Shown in pieces: positions 58,708 through 64,000 of a stretch of DNA of 64,000 bases (the first letter of the stretch is position 1; the number at the start of each line of letters is the position of its first letter). The notes under the pieces are model-generated. The model saw only the letters and a program-made list of their open reading frames with translations. It made no database searches and was not told where the DNA came from. The DNA lies in contig OZ244922.1 in the NCBI GenBank assembly GCA_965221905.1, positions 768,001 through 832,000 on the forward strand, read 5' to 3'. The DNA comes from Chloroflexota bacterium. GTDB taxonomy: Bacteria; Chloroflexota; UBA11872; VXOZ01. Position numbers and translations under genes: made by a program.

Positions 58708-58786
58708 TTGATGGACGCACTCTTTACTGCGGGCTAAGACGCCTCACTCCCAACCAGGGGACGCAGGTCCTTGACTATCTTTCCAC

Positions 58787-58816
58787 ATTATATGTTGCTC
58801 TGTATGCGCCCTGCAA
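58787..58816 (-). promoter_or_regulatory. Likely promoter for tRNA-Leu-rpsF-ssb-rpsR
   Basis: Minus strand TTGCAG-18 nt-TATAAT. Confidence 0.6.
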
Positions 58817-58886
58817 CCAGGGCACGTGTTTTTATGGCGAGTCGGTCACCTGGTTGCAAAGGTTAAGTGCTGCACTCTGTCATTCC

Positions 58887-59140
58887 TGTAAGTGTCAGGT
58901 AATTCGTTGACAGAGTTTCAATAAAGAGAAGATAAACGACGCGTCGTGCATGCCTTGTACACATGTCATTCCGAACGGAGCGCAGCGCAGAGTCGCTAGG
59001 AGCGCGGAATCTAGAGTGCTGAGCCTATTGGACTTGTTGCAACATGGACTCCAGATTCCTCTCTTCGCTCGGAATGACATAATCGGTCAACACTGCCTGG
59101 TGGAAAGCGAATTCTGTCAACGAATTACTCAACACTTACA
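58887..59140. mobile_element. 254-bp MITE with 28-bp terminal inverted repeats and a 5-bp target duplication
   Basis: TGTAAGTGTnnnGTAATTCGTTGACAGA at both ends; ATTCC at 58882-58886 and 59141-59145; no transposase; internal REP doublet 58965-59078. Confidence 0.85.
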
Positions 59141-59572
59141 ATTCCGATCAAAGCGATGAATCTAGGGTTGCCAAGCGAATAGCGCAACGCCTGATCAGGG
59201 AACTTCTAGCCGCCGTAGACTGTTTGCAACGAAAGGTGAAAGGCGCTGTGGCGCTTGTACTGCCCGCGTTCATGCTTGCTTGTGAGGCAGGCGCATTCAA
59301 GAGTGCCATGCGGGGTAGAAGCGAGATGGTGAAGGCTCTCTTGGGGCTAGCTCTTCGTGGGAGTGATGGAAAGCGGGAGCGCGCTAAAGCCGCGCCATCC
59401 AGAGGGGGGGGCAAGCCCCCGCGCTACGAACATTATCGCTCTTCAGTTCACTGCGACGGTGGCAGCCACTGCGATAAACACAGTAAAGCAGATTCTAGGT
59501 TGTGCGCCCTAGATTCCTCGCTTCGCTCGCAATGACAAGAAACGTCAACTAATCCTAAACGACCGAACCGCG

Positions 59573-62500
59573 CTAGAGCTGCACCTGGACGCGCACGAGT
59601 CGGGCGTACGTGCCTGCGGTGCCCACGAGTTCGTCGTGCGTGCCCAGTTGGGTGACGTTCCCGTCGTCGAGGACGATGATTTTGTCCGCATCGCGGACAG
59701 TGGAGAGGCGGTGCGCGATGACGAGGGTGGTGCGGTCCCGCATAAGCTCGGCGATGGCCGCGCGCACTTCCCGCTCGTTCTCCGTATCCAGGTGGGACGT
59801 GGCTTCGTCCAGGATCAGAATAGGCGCTTGTTTCAGCAGCGCGCGCGCAATGGCAAGCCGCTGCCGCTGCCCGCCGGAAATTGACGTGCCGCGTTCGCCG
59901 ACGACTGAATCGTAGCCGCGTGGGAACCTCCGAATGAACTCGTCCGCGCTGGCCATCTTTGCCGCTGCCTCGATCTCATCATCGGTGGCGTCAGGCCGCG
60001 CGAGGCGCAGGTTTTCGCGGACGCTCATGTTGAAGAGGTAGATGTCCTGGGAGACAAGCGAAACGCGGCTGCGCAGGTCGTCGAGGGTGAAGTCTCGCAC
60101 GTCGTGACCGCCGAACGTGATCCGTCCTTGCTGCGGGTCCCAGAAGCGCATGAGTAGGTGCGCCACGGTGGTCTTGCCCGCGCCGGAAGGCCCGACGAGA
60201 GCGACGGTCTGGCCGGCATCTATTGCGAAAGAAACACCGCTCAGCGCCTGGGGCTCGCCGGGGCCGTAGTTGAACCATACGTCATCGAATGTCACCGCGG
60301 GCACTGCGGCCGCTGTGGGTGAAACGGCGTCACCGTCAGTCACGGGCATTGGTTCGTCCTGCACGGCAAAGACGCGCCGACCGGAACCGAACGCGTTCGC
60401 CAATTCCTTGACGATGCGGGCAATCTCGGCCACCGGCGTGAAGCAGGTCAGGGCAAGCATCGTCGCCACCGGCAACGCCGCGGGTGCCAGCCCGCCTTCG
60501 ATCACGAGATACGCGCCCAGCATGAGCACGACGAGCCCGCCGACCGCTTGGATTCCTTCGATAGTTCCCTGCTGGAAACCTAGTTGCTTGCCATAACGCA
60601 CCTGCAGGCCGGTGAGCGCATCGCTCTTGTCGTGGATTTCCTGCAAGCGCCGACCGTCTTGCGAAAAGACCACGACCTCGCGCAGTCCCTGCACGCTGTC
60701 AGACATGTGTGCGTTGACCTCGCCAAGCTCAGCGCGCAAGCGATTGCCCAGCCGGTCGGTATGTCGTCCGATGAAGTGCGGGCTGAGCGCCACCAGGATG
60801 AGGAAGGGCACCAGCACCAGCGCGAGCAGCCACGACATGTTGAGCAAAAAGACCACTGCCACGAGCGGCACCATGATGGCAACCAGGATCGGCCCGGCTG
60901 CATGGGCGAAGAACGACTCGACCGTCTCGATATCCGACGTGACGATGCTTGTAAGGTCGCCACTGCGGCGACTGTACATATAAGCGGGCGCGAGGCGATC
61001 AAAGGTGTCGAAGAGCTTGATGCGCATGTCCGCCAGAATACGGTACGCCATGTCGTGCGAAATCCAGGACTCGATCCAGGTAAAGAGTGACACCGTTACC
61101 GCAAGGGCGATCACAATCGGAATCATGGGACCCAGGCCGCCGTCGGTCGCCACGCGGCCGGCGAGTATGGCGCTGGCAACGCCGAGCGCGATGGTAGCCC
61201 CAGCCTTGACCAGGCCGCTGCCAACGGTGACGGCGAATTCCAACCACTCCGGGCGAATGAGCCGCATCAGCCGGCTGCTCGTTTCCCAAGCGCCGATTGC
61301 CACCGGCTCGATAGGTTTTGCGTGCGCGTCGCTGCGCAGAAAGTGACCGTCCTGGCTGGCTGGGTCGTCTGCCACGGGCGCGGCGGAGCCTGGCGCGCCG
61401 CCTGCGACGCCGGCTGCTACGGAATCTCCATTCGTCGCGGCAGAAGAGAACCCGATACCATCTTGCTCGTCCTCAGCGCCGGTCGGCAGCCGCGATTGCG
61501 CCGCCACGAGACGCGCGTAGACCCCGTCGTGAGCCATGAGATCGCTGTGAGAGCCCCGCTCGACGCAGGCCCCTTGGTCGAGCACGATGATTTGATCGGC
61601 GCCGGAGACCGTCGAAAGGCGGTGGGCAATCACGATCGTCGTCCTATTCCGCATCAGCCGTTCCAGTGCCTCTTGGATGACCGCTTCATTGCCGCTGTCG
61701 ACGTGGGAGGTAGCCTCATCCAGGATGAGGATGGGCGCGTCCTTGAGGATGGCCCGCGCAATGGCAAGCCGCTGTCGCTGGCCGCCGGAAAGCTTCTGGC
61801 CGCGTTCGCCAATGATCGTGTCGTAACCGGCAAGCAGTCTCGGAATGAACTCATGCGCGTTCGCGGCTTGCGCCGCCGCCAACACCTCTGCGTCTGACGC
61901 CTCGGGGCGGGCGAGGCGGATATTCTCCAATACGGTGCCGTGGAAGAGATACGTGTCCTGCGCGACGATAGAGACCTGCCGCCGCAAGGTTTCCAGCGGA
62001 AGGCCCCGGATGTCGTGGCCGCCAAGCAGGATGCGTCCCGCTTGGGGATCGAAGAAGCGCAGTAGCAGATTGGTGACCGTGGTCTTGCCGGCGCCGGAAG
62101 GCCCAACGATGCCGAGTGTGGAGCCGGCCGGTACGCCAAAGGAAACTTCCCGCAGCGCCGGTTGGTCGCCGCTCTCGTAGGCGAAAGTCACGCGCTCGAA
62201 ATCCACGCTGGGCTCGAGCGTTGCTTCATTGGCAATGGTTGCGCCGGTGCGGCCGTCTGCAGTGACCCGGTCGGCGGCATCCATGACCTCCGGCTGCTCA
62301 TCCAGGAGCGAGAACATGCCGATGGCTGACGAGGTACCGAGCAGACCGGTGTGGTAGAGCTGATTGAGTTCGCGTAACGGACGGAAGATCTCTACTCCCA
62401 GGAAGAGCACGATCATGAGGGGCGTCAAGTCGAGCGTGCCTTGATCGACGCGAATTGCACCCCAGGCGAGCACCGACGCGGCGCCCAAACTCATGAAGAG

Positions 62501-63268
62501 CATGCTTACGCCGCCGGACGCTATGTTTATGCCCAGCACCTTCATGGTTGTGAGCGAGAGCGCGTGTGCGCGGTCGGCAAGCATGCGTCCCCACTCCGCG
62601 CTGCGGCCGAAGATCTTCAAGGTGGCGAGCCCTTGGATGGCATCGATGAAATCTGCGCTCAGCTCTCGGTTTGCTTGCCAGCGTCCGCGGCTGGCGCGGT
62701 ACGTGGCGCGGCGGAAGAACATCGGCGCAAGGAAGGTGAGCGTGGCAAAAAGCAGGAAGATGAGGGCCGACTGCCAGTCAAGGATTGTCATGAAGATGAG
62801 AATGCCAACGGGGGCCACACCGGCAACCACAAGCTGCGGCAGGTAGCGACCGAAGAACGTCTCGAGCTGCTCCACCGAATCCACAGCCTTTACCACCACC
62901 TCACCGGTGCGCTGTTTCTGCGTGAAACCGGGGCCGAGACGCAGCAAGTGGCTATAGAGGGCAGTGCGAAGCTTGACTTTCATTTTCGCCGCTGTCTCGT
63001 GGGCAATGAATTGTTGCGCCATCGTGAAGACGATGCGCAGCATGGGCAGCGCAAGTACGCCGAGCAAAATCGGGATAATCTTTGAGAAGGGCTCATTCTC
63101 GAAAACCATTGCCACCGCCGTACCCGAGAGGGAAAGGCGCGCCACGCCGGTAGTAACAGCGCCCAGACCGAAGAGGGCAGCCAAGGCTATCCGACCGCGA
63201 ACTTCCTTCGTCAGGCTGGCGAGACGCCAACTGGTGCTTAGGGAATCAGCCTTCTTTACTGTCGCCAT
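59573..63268 (-). CDS. Fused ABC transporter (TMD-NBD-TMD-NBD), CydD/CydC- or YbtP/YbtQ-like
   Basis: Two halves each with GPSGAGKT, SGGQRQR, ILDEATS, IAHRL; TMD1 FGRYLPQ, TMD2 RSGDL..DIE..E.FFAH. Confidence 0.9.
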   Translation of the reverse strand: MATVKKADSLSTSWRLASLTKEVRGRIALAALFGLGAVTTGVARLSLSGTAVAMVFENEPFSKIIPILLGVLALPMLRIVFTMAQQFIAHETAAKMKVKLRTALYSHLLRLGPGFTQKQRTGEVVVKAVDSVEQLETFFGRYLPQLVVAGVAPVGILIFMTILDWQSALIFLLFATLTFLAPMFFRRATYRASRGRWQANRELSADFIDAIQGLATLKIFGRSAEWGRMLADRAHALSLTTMKVLGINIASGGVSMLFMSLGAASVLAWGAIRVDQGTLDLTPLMIVLFLGVEIFRPLRELNQLYHTGLLGTSSAIGMFSLLDEQPEVMDAADRVTADGRTGATIANEATLEPSVDFERVTFAYESGDQPALREVSFGVPAGSTLGIVGPSGAGKTTVTNLLLRFFDPQAGRILLGGHDIRGLPLETLRRQVSIVAQDTYLFHGTVLENIRLARPEASDAEVLAAAQAANAHEFIPRLLAGYDTIIGERGQKLSGGQRQRLAIARAILKDAPILILDEATSHVDSGNEAVIQEALERLMRNRTTIVIAHRLSTVSGADQIIVLDQGACVERGSHSDLMAHDGVYARLVAAQSRLPTGAEDEQDGIGFSSAATNGDSVAAGVAGGAPGSAAPVADDPASQDGHFLRSDAHAKPIEPVAIGAWETSSRLMRLIRPEWLEFAVTVGSGLVKAGATIALGVASAILAGRVATDGGLGPMIPIVIALAVTVSLFTWIESWISHDMAYRILADMRIKLFDTFDRLAPAYMYSRRSGDLTSIVTSDIETVESFFAHAAGPILVAIMVPLVAVVFLLNMSWLLALVLVPFLILVALSPHFIGRHTDRLGNRLRAELGEVNAHMSDSVQGLREVVVFSQDGRRLQEIHDKSDALTGLQVRYGKQLGFQQGTIEGIQAVGGLVVLMLGAYLVIEGGLAPAALPVATMLALTCFTPVAEIARIVKELANAFGSGRRVFAVQDEPMPVTDGDAVSPTAAAVPAVTFDDVWFNYGPGEPQALSGVSFAIDAGQTVALVGPSGAGKTTVAHLLMRFWDPQQGRITFGGHDVRDFTLDDLRSRVSLVSQDIYLFNMSVRENLRLARPDATDDEIEAAAKMASADEFIRRFPRGYDSVVGERGTSISGGQRQRLAIARALLKQAPILILDEATSHLDTENEREVRAAIAELMRDRTTLVIAHRLSTVRDADKIIVLDDGNVTQLGTHDELVGTAGTYARLVRVQVQL

Positions 63269-63302
63269 TGCTTGCCTCAATCAACACTGTGCTTCTGCAA
63301 AT

Positions 63303-63321
63303 ATTGAGAATTGTTCCTAAT
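63303..63321. promoter_or_regulatory. Fur-family-like operator upstream of the ABC transporter
   Basis: ATTGAGAATTGTTCCTAAT imperfect 9-1-9 palindrome just downstream of a minus-strand TG-G-TATATT extended -10. Confidence 0.5.
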
Positions 63322-63684
63322 AATGGGCATTTAATATACCACGATTTACAATAGCACACAAGCGGATTGAGTCGGGGTTTTCAGACTCGCTGCACCGCAC
63401 ATGACCTCTTTAGCGAGTGGCAGGGACTAATGAGAGTTCGCTCCCGCAGTTCAACGTATCGTTTGATGTGCTGGGCGAATGTACCAAGAGACGGAGGCAG
63501 TCCGAGGGAGATAGCCTAATGAATTACTGGAATAACGCCGTGCGGATTCTCCCTCTACCTCTCAAAGGTGCGGTCTAAGAGTAGAGAAAAAGCGCGGTTG
63601 CAGGGCAAAGAAAAACCGGGAGGTATATCCCGGTTCATCTTCTCTCGTTTCGATAAAGCTCATTTCACTGTCGAAGAAAGGTAG

Positions 63685-63999
63685 TTAGTAAAGGGGATGG
63701 TCCTTCCGCAACCAGTTTACCGGCTCTAGGGATTCGAAAGGCTCCTCGTCATCAGCGAGATCGGGCTCAAAATCGGTGTCGTCGTAAATCCCCTTGATCT
63801 GGTTTGAATCGAGATGCCGCATGTCTACTAAATCGTCAAAGAATCTTTCAAGCACCTTGTAGCGGTCATACCATTCGCCGGGGTCTTCGAATTTCTCAGC
63901 CCATTCTGCAAAATAGATGACAACATCGCGAACCGATATTTCGTAGATTGTCTTCCGAATACACACATAGTGGCCGAATTCTTTTAGCCATCTAATCCT
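63685..63999 (-). CDS. Partial low-GC acidic protein resembling an integrase SAM-like core-binding domain
   Basis: Frame open to the window edge; L..F..Y..I.EI...DV..Y..L.RFF..L...SN...I pattern, then an acidic tail and stop. Confidence 0.45.
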   Translation of the reverse strand, partial: RIRWLKEFGHYVCIRKTIYEISVRDVVIYFAEWAEKFEDPGEWYDRYKVLERFFDDLVDMRHLDSNQIKGIYDDTDFEPDLADDEEPFESLEPVNWLRKDHPLY

Positions 64000-64000
64000 C

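Overview
A GC-rich bacterial chromosomal segment; the gene content suggests a Chloroflexota heterotroph that still has peptidoglycan genes (inference, not a database result). Housekeeping genes: murD, polA, a DinG/YoaA helicase, a PrsA-like PPIase, tRNA-Leu(TAA)-rpsF-ssb-rpsR, and a TPP-riboswitch-controlled thiG-thiE-thiS-thiO operon. These are interspersed with many sugar-catabolism genes: three orphan Tat-lipoprotein solute-binding proteins, five Gfo/Idh/MocA oxidoreductases, a TIM-barrel isomerase/lyase, a glucarate-dehydratase-family enolase and an MFS permease. Notable proteins: a two-gene split MetE, a clear NylC (nylon oligomer hydrolase) homologue, a ThiS with a 39-aa tail blocking its Gly-Gly end, a His-less sensor kinase coupled to an HtrA, a LamG domain with a 7-blade propeller inserted, and a fused CydD/CydC-like ABC transporter behind a Fur-like box. 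Intergenic DNA carries at least five REP-like palindrome families. One copy lies in-frame inside a DUF2851 gene, one arm is split by a 254-bp MITE with a 5-bp target duplication that itself carries a REP doublet, and two loci show tandem amplification of REP arm ends. A small decaying island (about 38.6-43 kb) holds IS21 and IS1380 remnants. No CRISPR array or rRNA was found. All homology calls come from motif recognition, not searches.
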